DNA of 64,000 bases from Clostridiales bacterium. Lineage in GTDB: Bacteria > Bacillota > Clostridia > DUPQ01. Below the pieces are notes generated by a model that saw only the letters and a program-made list of their open reading frames with translations, ran no database searches and was not told the origin of the DNA. Below are positions 18,136 through 25,846 of this stretch, piece after piece (positions within the stretch are counted from its first letter, which is position 1; each line of letters opens with the position of its first letter). The DNA lies in the NCBI GenBank assembly GCA_023145435.1, contig JAGLDS010000003.1, forward strand, positions 64,276 through 128,275. The letters run 5' to 3'. The translations under genes were made by a program, and so were the position numbers.

Positions 18136-18162
18136 GCTATATTATAGCATAAGTTTTGCTAT
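18136..18162. promoter_or_regulatory. Three GCTAT/ATAGC half-sites in the lysR / yeeE divergent intergenic region (candidate LysR operator)
   Basis: GCTATA-t-TATAGC is a perfect palindrome (18136-18148). ATAGCA-N7-TGCTAT is a perfect inverted repeat (18144-18162). The two share the central half-site. Confidence 0.4.
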
Positions 18163-18276
18163 TAAAAAATCTTATACTGCATTATAAAGTGTAATGGAAC
18201 AATAGGTCAATAAAGTGTTAGAATAAATGAGAGTGTTAAATAATTAACAATTGAATTATAGAAAGGATGTGAAATA

Positions 18277-18966
18277 GTGACAACGGGTATTCAAAGATCT
18301 TCAAGTAGTACAAGAAGAAGTCCTAGAAAGAAAAAGAAAAATCAAATTCCATTTGCTATTGGATTATTAATTGTGATTATCCTAATTGGCATATGGTTAG
18401 CAACAAAAGAAAATCACCAGGCACTTTATTGGATGTTAGGATTGGCTTTTGGTTTTATTCTTCAACGTTCAAGATTTTGTTTTACAGCATCAATGAGAGA
18501 CCCTTATCTTACTAGAAGCACATCAGTAACAAAGTCTGTACTTATTGCTTTTGCTATTACTACAATTGGTTTTGCTGCAATTAAGTATGGTTACTTTATA
18601 CAAGAGTTAGCAATTCCAGGACAAAGTTATATAGCACCAATTAGTATTGCGACAGCAGTGGGTGCTTTTATGTTTGGTATTGGAATGGTAATTGCTGGTG
18701 GTTGTGCATCTGGAACTCTTATGAGAATTGGCGAAGGATTTTGGATGCAAGTGTTGGCTTTATTCTTTTTCGTAGTTGGATCCCTTTGGGGAGCTCATGA
18801 CTATGGATGGTGGATGAGGAATTTCATGCTTGCAGGAAAAAGAGTATTTCTACCTGACTACTTAGGTTGGTTTGGAGGAGTATTGTGTAATTTATTGATT
18901 ATAGCTGTTATTTATGTAATTGCACATAAATATGGAAATAAGAAAAGTGAAAGCGAATTACATTAA
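18277..18966 (+). CDS. YeeE/YedE-family sulfur (thiosulfate/selenium) transporter, N-terminal half-protein
   Basis: GTG start 8 nt after AAAGGATG. Conserved cysteine loops RSRFCFTAS and AGGCASGTLMR. Basic Ser/Arg/Lys-rich N-tail. Confidence 0.75.
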   Translation: MTTGIQRSSSSTRRSPRKKKKNQIPFAIGLLIVIILIGIWLATKENHQALYWMLGLAFGFILQRSRFCFTASMRDPYLTRSTSVTKSVLIAFAITTIGFAAIKYGYFIQELAIPGQSYIAPISIATAVGAFMFGIGMVIAGGCASGTLMRIGEGFWMQVLALFFFVVGSLWGAHDYGWWMRNFMLAGKRVFLPDYLGWFGGVLCNLLIIAVIYVIAHKYGNKKSESELH

Positions 18967-18988
18967 TAGTTAAATGGAGGAAAGTAAA

Positions 18989-19219
18989 ATGAGTAAAGAA
19001 GTAGTATTAGATTGTTTTGGAGAAGCGTGTCCAGTTCCATTGGTAAAAGCTGAAAAAGCACTGGAAAAATTAGAGATTAACGATATATTAATCGTGCAGA
19101 TAGACCATAGTTGTGCAATGAAAAATGTACCAGAGTGGGCTAGAAAACAAGGACATAACGTTGAAATCGAAGAAATCGATGATGGCGAATGGGAAGTAAT
19201 TATTGAAAAAGTAAAATAA
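18989..19219 (+). CDS. TusA/YeeD-like sulfur-carrier protein
   Basis: DCFGEACPVPLV motif. I prefer ATG 18989 (GGAGG at 18976-18980, 8-nt spacing) over the track's ATG 18974, which overlaps the SD. Confidence 0.8.
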   Translation: MSKEVVLDCFGEACPVPLVKAEKALEKLEINDILIVQIDHSCAMKNVPEWARKQGHNVEIEEIDDGEWEVIIEKVK

Positions 19220-19253
19220 TATATTTTATTTTTAAGTAGGAGGTTTTACAATT

Positions 19254-19802
19254 TTGAAAGCGTTTTTTGATAAAATAAAACAAAATGAATTTTATAAAAT
19301 GTGGTTTAAAGATGCTTTGCCATATATTACTGGTGCTATTTTATTATCAGTATTTCAAATTGTCACTTTTGCAACAACAAAAAATCCTTGGGGTGTTTCA
19401 GGTGTATTTGCTAATTGGGGTGCATGGTTATATCAATTAATTGGTGGATCTGTGGATAATTGGTATTATTTCAGTTCTCCAGGAGCTCAAGCAACACTAG
19501 AAGCTGGTATTATCAATCATGGGTCTACATGGAGAAACATTGGAATTATTTTTGGAGCATTATTTGCAACTTTGGCAGCATCTGGATTTAAAATTAAGAA
19601 GTTAAAATCATATAAACAAGTAATTGCAGCAAGCTTAGGTGGTTTACTAATGGGCTATGGAGCTAGAATAGCATTTGGATGTAATATTGGTGCTTTATTT
19701 AGTGGGATATCCTCTATGTCTTTATCAGGATGGGTATTTGGGGCATTTATGTTTATAGGTGCAATTGTTGGAAGCAAGTTATTAGTTAAGTACTTTATGT
19801 AA
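19254..19802 (+). CDS. YeeE/YedE-family transporter, C-terminal half-protein
   Basis: TTG start 9 nt after AGGAGG. Conserved RIAFGCNIGALFSG cysteine loop. 182 aa membrane protein. Confidence 0.75.
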   Translation: MKAFFDKIKQNEFYKMWFKDALPYITGAILLSVFQIVTFATTKNPWGVSGVFANWGAWLYQLIGGSVDNWYYFSSPGAQATLEAGIINHGSTWRNIGIIFGALFATLAASGFKIKKLKSYKQVIAASLGGLLMGYGARIAFGCNIGALFSGISSMSLSGWVFGAFMFIGAIVGSKLLVKYFM

Positions 19803-19820
19803 TAGAAAAGGAAATTAAAA

Positions 19821-21062
19821 ATGGCAAGAGAAAAAAAAGTAGAACAATATGATGTAGTTATTATAGGAGGAGGAGCCTCTGGATTAACTGCAGGTATATA
19901 TTGTGGGAGAGCACGTTTAAAGACATTAATAATCGAACAAGCATTAGTTGGTGGAATTGCCACAAATACTAATGATATTGAGAATTATCCAGGCTTCCCT
20001 GAAGGAATTACAGGAATAGGGTTAATGAATCTTTTTCATCAGCAAGCAAAAAAATTCGATGTTAAATTTAAATTAACAAATGTAAAAACTATCGATTTAA
20101 GTGGAGACATAAAAATAGTTGAAACATTTAGAAATAGATTTGAAGCAAAAACTGTAATAATTTGTAACGGAAGTGTTCCGCGATTAACAGGAGCAATTAA
20201 CGAAGAAAAGTTTTTAGGAAAAGGTATTGCTTTTTGTGCAACTTGTGATGCTGCTGCTAATACTGATAAGGAAGTCTTAGTTATAGGATCAGGAGACGCT
20301 GCAATTGAAGAAGGTATATTCTTAACTAAATTTGCAAGTAAAGTTATGGTGTCAATTATACATGATGAAGGTAAATTTGATTGTAATGAAATTGCAAAAG
20401 CTGCAGCATTAGCTAATCCAAAAATGGAATTTTATCACAACACAGTAGTTGAGAGTTATGAAGGAGATAATGAATTAGATAAAGTTATTCTAAAGAACTT
20501 AAAAACAGGTGAAAAAAAAGCAATTGAATGTGCTACTTGTTTTCTATTCATTGGTTATCTTCCTAATACTAGTTTATACAAAGATATTATAGATATGACA
20601 GATAGAGGTTATATAATAACTGATGAAAATATGAAGACGAATATCCCAGGTGTTTTTGCAGCAGGAGATGTGAGGGACAAACTTCTAAGACAAGTTGCAA
20701 CTTGCGTTGGTGATGCATCAATTGCTGGAGTTATGGCTGAAAAACACATTGCTGAAAGTGAAATATTTGAAGAGCAAATCATGGCAAAAGATGGAATTGC
20801 TTATGTTTATAATGCTATTGAATCAGATCAGAGATATTTTTTATCGTTTATAGAAGAAATTGAAGAAGTCTATAAAGATTATTGTTACCACAGAGTTGAC
20901 ACATATAAGTCAGAAGGTATAGCTGATAGATTAGGTGTTGAATCGTGTCCATCAGTTGTATTTATTAAAGATGGAAAAGTAGAAAAAATTATCTGTGGTG
21001 ATAAATGTAATAAAGACGAAGTACGAGATATTATTAAAAACAATGAAGAAACTAAGAAATAG
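19821..21062 (+). CDS. Thioredoxin-reductase-like flavoprotein fused to a C-terminal Cys-less thioredoxin-fold domain
   Basis: DVVIIGGGASGLTAG (FAD), the redox pair in FCATCDAA, and a second dinucleotide site VIGSGDAAIEEG followed by IIHDEG rather than HRR. The C-terminal about 100 aa have a Trx-like layout but no CxxC. Confidence 0.7.
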   Translation: MAREKKVEQYDVVIIGGGASGLTAGIYCGRARLKTLIIEQALVGGIATNTNDIENYPGFPEGITGIGLMNLFHQQAKKFDVKFKLTNVKTIDLSGDIKIVETFRNRFEAKTVIICNGSVPRLTGAINEEKFLGKGIAFCATCDAAANTDKEVLVIGSGDAAIEEGIFLTKFASKVMVSIIHDEGKFDCNEIAKAAALANPKMEFYHNTVVESYEGDNELDKVILKNLKTGEKKAIECATCFLFIGYLPNTSLYKDIIDMTDRGYIITDENMKTNIPGVFAAGDVRDKLLRQVATCVGDASIAGVMAEKHIAESEIFEEQIMAKDGIAYVYNAIESDQRYFLSFIEEIEEVYKDYCYHRVDTYKSEGIADRLGVESCPSVVFIKDGKVEKIICGDKCNKDEVRDIIKNNEETKK

Positions 21063-21063
21063 T

Positions 21064-21981
21064 ATGAAAGGATGGGTTACAGTGAAAAAAATTATCATTT
21101 ATATACTTATTATAGTAATGATTTCATCGATATTAACAGGTTGTGTTAATTATGATTTTAATGAAACTAACCAGTATATAGTTACACCAAAAGAGGCACT
21201 TAACCTACTAGAAGAAGGCGCAATATTAATTGATGTAGAATCTAGTGAAGATTATGGACTAGTTCATATTGATGGAGCTATTAATATACCTATGGCGTCG
21301 TTAGTTATTAACGAACCATATAACAATATGTTACCAGAGGCTTTTCAAATTGAGCAAGTTATGGGAAAAGCGGGAGTCAGCGAAAATGACACTATTTTAG
21401 TTTATGATCATGGCTCAAATATGAAAGCTGCCAGAGTTCAATGGACAATCAATATGTATGGTAATTTTAATGTTTTTGTTGTTAGCGGTGGCTTAGATGC
21501 ATTAAAAGATGAAAAAGTAAAAACATCTATGGTAGCATCTACTTTACCTTTAACAACTTACCAAACATCTGATAAACAAAAATCATTAATTGTTACATTA
21601 GAGTATGTTAAATCGATTATTAATATACCAGAAGATAAAACAATCATTATAGACACAAGAAGTGTTGAAGAATTCATGGAAGGGACTATTCCCGGAGCAT
21701 GTAACATTGAATATACCTGGAATAACTATGGAAGTGGACAGTATAAATCATCTAGAGATATTCAAATAACATATCTAGACAAAGATATTACTCCTGATAT
21801 GAAAATTATTGTTTTTTGTAAAACATCTATCAGAGCAGCACAAACTTATACGGCACTAAAAGATGCTGGTTATAAAGATGTCAGAGTTTATGATGGTGCA
21901 TGGTTAGAATTTGTAGAAAAAGAAACCCCACAAGTTCCAGCTGATGATATTGTGTCACCATCTTCAAACGACGCTTCATAA
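21064..21981 (+). CDS. Tandem-rhodanese (thiosulfate sulfurtransferase-like) lipoprotein
   Basis: Lipobox ILTGC after a hydrophobic h-region. Domain 1 lacks the Cys (VYDHGSNMKAAR); domain 2 has the active loop FCKTSIRAAQ. The start is ATG 21064 or GTG 21082; the track's 20995 start overlaps the upstream gene. Confidence 0.75.
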   Translation: MKGWVTVKKIIIYILIIVMISSILTGCVNYDFNETNQYIVTPKEALNLLEEGAILIDVESSEDYGLVHIDGAINIPMASLVINEPYNNMLPEAFQIEQVMGKAGVSENDTILVYDHGSNMKAARVQWTINMYGNFNVFVVSGGLDALKDEKVKTSMVASTLPLTTYQTSDKQKSLIVTLEYVKSIINIPEDKTIIIDTRSVEEFMEGTIPGACNIEYTWNNYGSGQYKSSRDIQITYLDKDITPDMKIIVFCKTSIRAAQTYTALKDAGYKDVRVYDGAWLEFVEKETPQVPADDIVSPSSNDAS

Positions 21982-21997
21982 AGAAAGGTAGGGAGAT

Positions 21998-23587
21998 ATG
22001 AAAAGGTTTACGGCTATATTAATTACCGTATTATTGGTAGTAGCACTTGTTAGTTGTTCTGGAGGAACAGCTTTAGAAGATGCTGCAACAAACTGTTTTG
22101 CAGACTTTCCAGGATCAAGAATTGTTACATGGGTAGATGTAGCTGCAAAAATTGATGCAGGAGAGGAACCATTTATCTTAAGTATCAGGCAAACAGCAGA
22201 TTATGAAACTAGTCATATAACAGGAGCCTATAATGCAGCTTGGGGAACAGATTTAGCAGAAAAAGTTGATCAGCTTCCAACAGATGAAACTGTATATGTA
22301 TACTGCTATTCAGGACAAACAGCAGGACAAACAGTTGCTTTATTAAATATGATGGGTGTTGATGCTGTATCTATTAAATCAGGTTTTAATCTTGGAATTA
22401 AAGTAACTGAAGGTTATGAGACATATGTAGATACTGTAACTGTAGAATTACCAGATGCAGGTGCTAAATTTGATAAAACAGTATTAGAATATGTACAAGA
22501 TTACTTTAATGCTATTCCAGATAGTGGAAGTAATATTGTGGTTTCTAACATTATTGCACCAAAAATTGATGCAGGCGATGTGGTAGTTGTTGATATTAGA
22601 AAAGCAGATGATTATACAATTTCACATATTGATGGTGCAGTAAATATTCCATTTGGCGAAAATATGCAAGAAAATTTTGAAAACTTACCAACTGACAAAC
22701 AAATAGTTGTTACATGTTATTCAGGACAAACAGCAGGACAAACAGTTGCAGTTATGAGAGCACTAGGCTATGATGCCATTTCATTAAAATCAGGAATGAA
22801 AGGTTGGGTTCCTTATGTAACTTCAGTAGCTGCTAATAATTATTTTGCAGACTATCCAGGTTCTAGAATCATAACTTGGACTGACTTATTTACAAAAATT
22901 GATAATGGAGAAAATCCATATATTTTAAGTATTAGACAAGAAGACGTATATAGTGAAAGCCATATTGTAGGTGCAAAACTTGCAGGATGGGGACCAGATC
23001 TAGCAGCCGCTGTATCAATGTTACCAACAGATGAAACTGTATATGTTTATTGTTATTCAGGACAAACAGCAGGACAGACAGTTGCCTTATTAAACATGTT
23101 AGGAATTGAAGCTGTTTCTATAAAATCAGGTTATAATAAAGGTGCAATAAAGACTGAAGGCTATGAAGCATATGTTGAAACTACATCTAATTCGTTAGAA
23201 GATGCAGGTGCTACATTTGATTCAGTTATGTTAAAAGAAGTAAAAGCTTACTTTGAGGCTGTAGCTGATAATGGCAACTTTAAAATTGGATGGGATGATA
23301 CGCAAACAGCAGTTGAAGCTAATGAAGCTACTGTAATAGATATTAGGACAGCAGATGATTTTGCTTTAGGACATATTGCTGGAGCAATTAGTATTCCATT
23401 TGGCGAAAACATGCAAGAAAACTTTATAGATTTACCAGATGGTAAATTAATAATTGCTTGTTATTCAGGCCAAACAGCAGGACAAGCTACTGCAGTATTA
23501 AAAATGTTAGGATATGATGCAGTTTCATTACATTATGGAATGAAAGTTGGTTGGATTCCTAATGGATATCCAGTGGTAACAGACTAA
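21998..23587 (+). CDS. Lipoprotein with four catalytic rhodanese domains
   Basis: Lipobox ALVSC. There are four CYSGQTAGQ active-site loops (YVYCYSGQTAGQTVALL, VVTCYSGQTAGQTVAVM, YVYCYSGQTAGQTVALL, IIACYSGQTAGQATAVL). Confidence 0.8.
   Translation: MKRFTAILITVLLVVALVSCSGGTALEDAATNCFADFPGSRIVTWVDVAAKIDAGEEPFILSIRQTADYETSHITGAYNAAWGTDLAEKVDQLPTDETVYVYCYSGQTAGQTVALLNMMGVDAVSIKSGFNLGIKVTEGYETYVDTVTVELPDAGAKFDKTVLEYVQDYFNAIPDSGSNIVVSNIIAPKIDAGDVVVVDIRKADDYTISHIDGAVNIPFGENMQENFENLPTDKQIVVTCYSGQTAGQTVAVMRALGYDAISLKSGMKGWVPYVTSVAANNYFADYPGSRIITWTDLFTKIDNGENPYILSIRQEDVYSESHIVGAKLAGWGPDLAAAVSMLPTDETVYVYCYSGQTAGQTVALLNMLGIEAVSIKSGYNKGAIKTEGYEAYVETTSNSLEDAGATFDSVMLKEVKAYFEAVADNGNFKIGWDDTQTAVEANEATVIDIRTADDFALGHIAGAISIPFGENMQENFIDLPDGKLIIACYSGQTAGQATAVLKMLGYDAVSLHYGMKVGWIPNGYPVVTD
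22091..23584 (+). repeat. Internal tandem duplication (2 x about 745 nt, each encoding a rhodanese domain pair) inside the four-rhodanese gene
   Basis: Unit 1 (about 22091-22835) starts NCFADFPGSRIVTW; unit 2 (about 22836-23584) starts NNYFADYPGSRIITW. Near-identical about 38-nt cores (tattcaggacaaacagcaggacaaacagttgc) lie at 22301-22338, 22711-22749, 23048-23085 and 23457-23493. Confidence 0.85.
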
Positions 23588-23607
23588 TTATAGAAAATTT
23601 ATAGAAA

Positions 23608-23641
23608 AGAGCTTTCTGTTTTAAGAAGGCTCTTTTTTTTT
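23608..23641 (+). terminator. Rho-independent terminator after the rhodanese genes
   Basis: agagctttc / 8-nt loop / gaaggctct (9 bp with one G-U), followed by a T9 run. Confidence 0.75.
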
Positions 23642-23827
23642 GTAATTCATTGTTTAACTTTATTATCATATACTTTATTATTTTTCTACTAACTATTATT
23701 TTTTGTATAACAAATTTACTTTAAAAGAATTTTAGGTACGTACAAAATAAAGTTGTTTCAAAAGAAAGTTAATGATAAACTCAAATAAATGAAGTGACAA
23801 ACCAATAAGACAAAATGGGGGGAAAGT

Positions 23828-25831
23828 ATGATTGTATCAAAAAATCAAGATTTTATTCCAAAGAAAATTTCAAGTTGGTGGTGTACTATTGAAGATATTT
23901 TATGGTCTGAAAAAAAGATTGTAGATAAAATAAAAAGAAATGCGGAAGCGTTTGCTAAAGCAGATATTGATACTGCTATAAATTTCGGATTTCATGTACG
24001 GTTTGATTTTTCGAATTATTTTGGACAGCTCCATGGTTATTACGCTAATGTGTGTGAAGAGTTACATAAATATGGTATTAGATTCATGGATCATTATTCT
24101 TGTAATCATGTACAACGGCCTAGGAATATTGATGAGTTTAATAAAGTACATAAAAATCATAGACACCATGTTTTGCTTTTTCACGACCAAGTTGCAGCAA
24201 AACATGCCCAATACGAGGGACATTATTTTAATGATTTATGCGAGGTTGATTTAAGAGATGGTAGTAGAGGTTATTCAAAAACTTATCAATTAGAAGTATT
24301 TTGCCATAATAACCCAGGATTTTTAGACATGCATCAAAAGTATCTAAAAAGGCTACTTAGCGAAGTTCCAATGGATGGAATAGAAGTTGATGATATGTGT
24401 GATTATGCAGGATTGGTTACTTGTGGATGTAAATATTGTAGAGATAGATTTAAAAAAGAATATGGTCAAGAAATCCCGTCTTACGATGATAAAAGTTTTT
24501 GGGGAGATATATCAAATAATAATGAATATATGTGGGGTAATTATAATAACCATATTTTTAGAGATTGGTTAAGAATGAAATCCGATTCTGTTGCAGAGCA
24601 TCTAAAAATGATTAAAGAAACAGTAGGAGAAATACCTTTGATGACGTGTTGTTCAAGTTCTGGTCCAATAATACTTAATAGTTTATCTTTAAATCTTGAA
24701 AAGATGGCTCCTCATCTTGATTTCTTTGTTCTAGAAAATTGTGGAATTGACATTAGTAGTGTTAATTGGACTAAAATGGATGCTGAAGCATTACATCAAA
24801 AAGATATTGCAACAAAAAATAAAGCTCCTGCACTAGCAATAAGTTATTCGATTTATGAACAAAGTGCATATTTAGGATGGGCTCTTAGTAGATTTTGGGG
24901 TGTTGGTAGTTGGAGTAGTACTTTAAATCAAAGACTGGAAAAAGACCCTGATGATGCAAAAGAAATTTTTGATATTATAAGTAAATATAATAATTGGGAA
25001 ACTGCAAATAGCAATTATGATTGTAACGAGGGCGTAGACATTGAAGAAGTAAGGTTAGTTAGCAATAAATATTGTAGAGAAAATGGATGGCGAGACGACA
25101 GTGGATTTGAGCAATGGGACAAAATAAAAAAATGGTCTGATTATCTAATGAAGAGAAATATAGGTTATAGGGTTTTAAGAGCAAATGAATTATCAAACGC
25201 AAAAGAGTTATGTAGTAATGCTTCTCCACTGATTCTTGATGGATTAGGCTGTTTATCAGATGATCAATATGTGGCAATTTCTAAATATTTACAACTAGGA
25301 GGGATTGCATATATATCACTTCCTTTTGGAACACATGATGAAAAAGGTTTTAAAAGAAGTAAATCATTATTTCATAAAATTGACGAAAGTAATTTTGAAA
25401 ACTTAACAATTATTGAGACATCAACTATATCTAATCCACTTGATAAAATAATTGAAAAAAAATTACTAGAACCACTTATATGGCAAATCAAGGGAGATGA
25501 TAGATGGGTATTAAGAGCAAGGAAACATGGTTCTAAAATAATGATTCATTTATTAAATAGCGCTTTAAAAGCTAAAGAACATCCCACTTTAAAAGACAGA
25601 AATGGTAATTCGATTTTAAAAGAATTTGAGTCAGATATAACAGAAAATAAATTAGTATATAGATTTAATTCATCAATATTAAAATTGACTAATATAGAAC
25701 TTTTAAGTCCAGAGTTAGGAAGTAAAAGAATAGATGTAAACATCATTGAGATTAGTAAAGAAATTTCTGAAATACACTTAGATTTATCTAATATTAAATT
25801 ATATGCTGTAATACAAGAAAAAGAACAATAA
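23828..25831 (+). CDS. Hypothetical cytoplasmic TIM-barrel glycoside-hydrolase-like protein (distantly GH42-like)
   Basis: 667 aa, no signal peptide. The CGCKYC (C-x-C-x2-C) cluster resembles the GH42 zinc site. NNPGFLDMHQKYLKRLLSEVPMDGIEVDD is typical of GH-like TIM barrels. The family assignment is tentative. Confidence 0.4.
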   Translation: MIVSKNQDFIPKKISSWWCTIEDILWSEKKIVDKIKRNAEAFAKADIDTAINFGFHVRFDFSNYFGQLHGYYANVCEELHKYGIRFMDHYSCNHVQRPRNIDEFNKVHKNHRHHVLLFHDQVAAKHAQYEGHYFNDLCEVDLRDGSRGYSKTYQLEVFCHNNPGFLDMHQKYLKRLLSEVPMDGIEVDDMCDYAGLVTCGCKYCRDRFKKEYGQEIPSYDDKSFWGDISNNNEYMWGNYNNHIFRDWLRMKSDSVAEHLKMIKETVGEIPLMTCCSSSGPIILNSLSLNLEKMAPHLDFFVLENCGIDISSVNWTKMDAEALHQKDIATKNKAPALAISYSIYEQSAYLGWALSRFWGVGSWSSTLNQRLEKDPDDAKEIFDIISKYNNWETANSNYDCNEGVDIEEVRLVSNKYCRENGWRDDSGFEQWDKIKKWSDYLMKRNIGYRVLRANELSNAKELCSNASPLILDGLGCLSDDQYVAISKYLQLGGIAYISLPFGTHDEKGFKRSKSLFHKIDESNFENLTIIETSTISNPLDKIIEKKLLEPLIWQIKGDDRWVLRARKHGSKIMIHLLNSALKAKEHPTLKDRNGNSILKEFESDITENKLVYRFNSSILKLTNIELLSPELGSKRIDVNIIEISKEISEIHLDLSNIKLYAVIQEKEQ

Positions 25832-25846
25832 AAAGGAGAAGCACTA

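Noticed and set aside
19655-19963. A 102-aa minus-strand ORF spanning the YeeE-C / TrxR-like junction.
   Set aside because: It is antisense to two well-supported genes and would need to read through their SD and start region.
20995-21063. The track's long N-terminal extension of the 2-domain rhodanese gene (start at 20995).
   Set aside because: The extension overlaps the TrxR-like CDS by 68 nt. The lipoprotein signal peptide begins only after ATG 21064 or GTG 21082, and an AAGGA SD precedes the latter.
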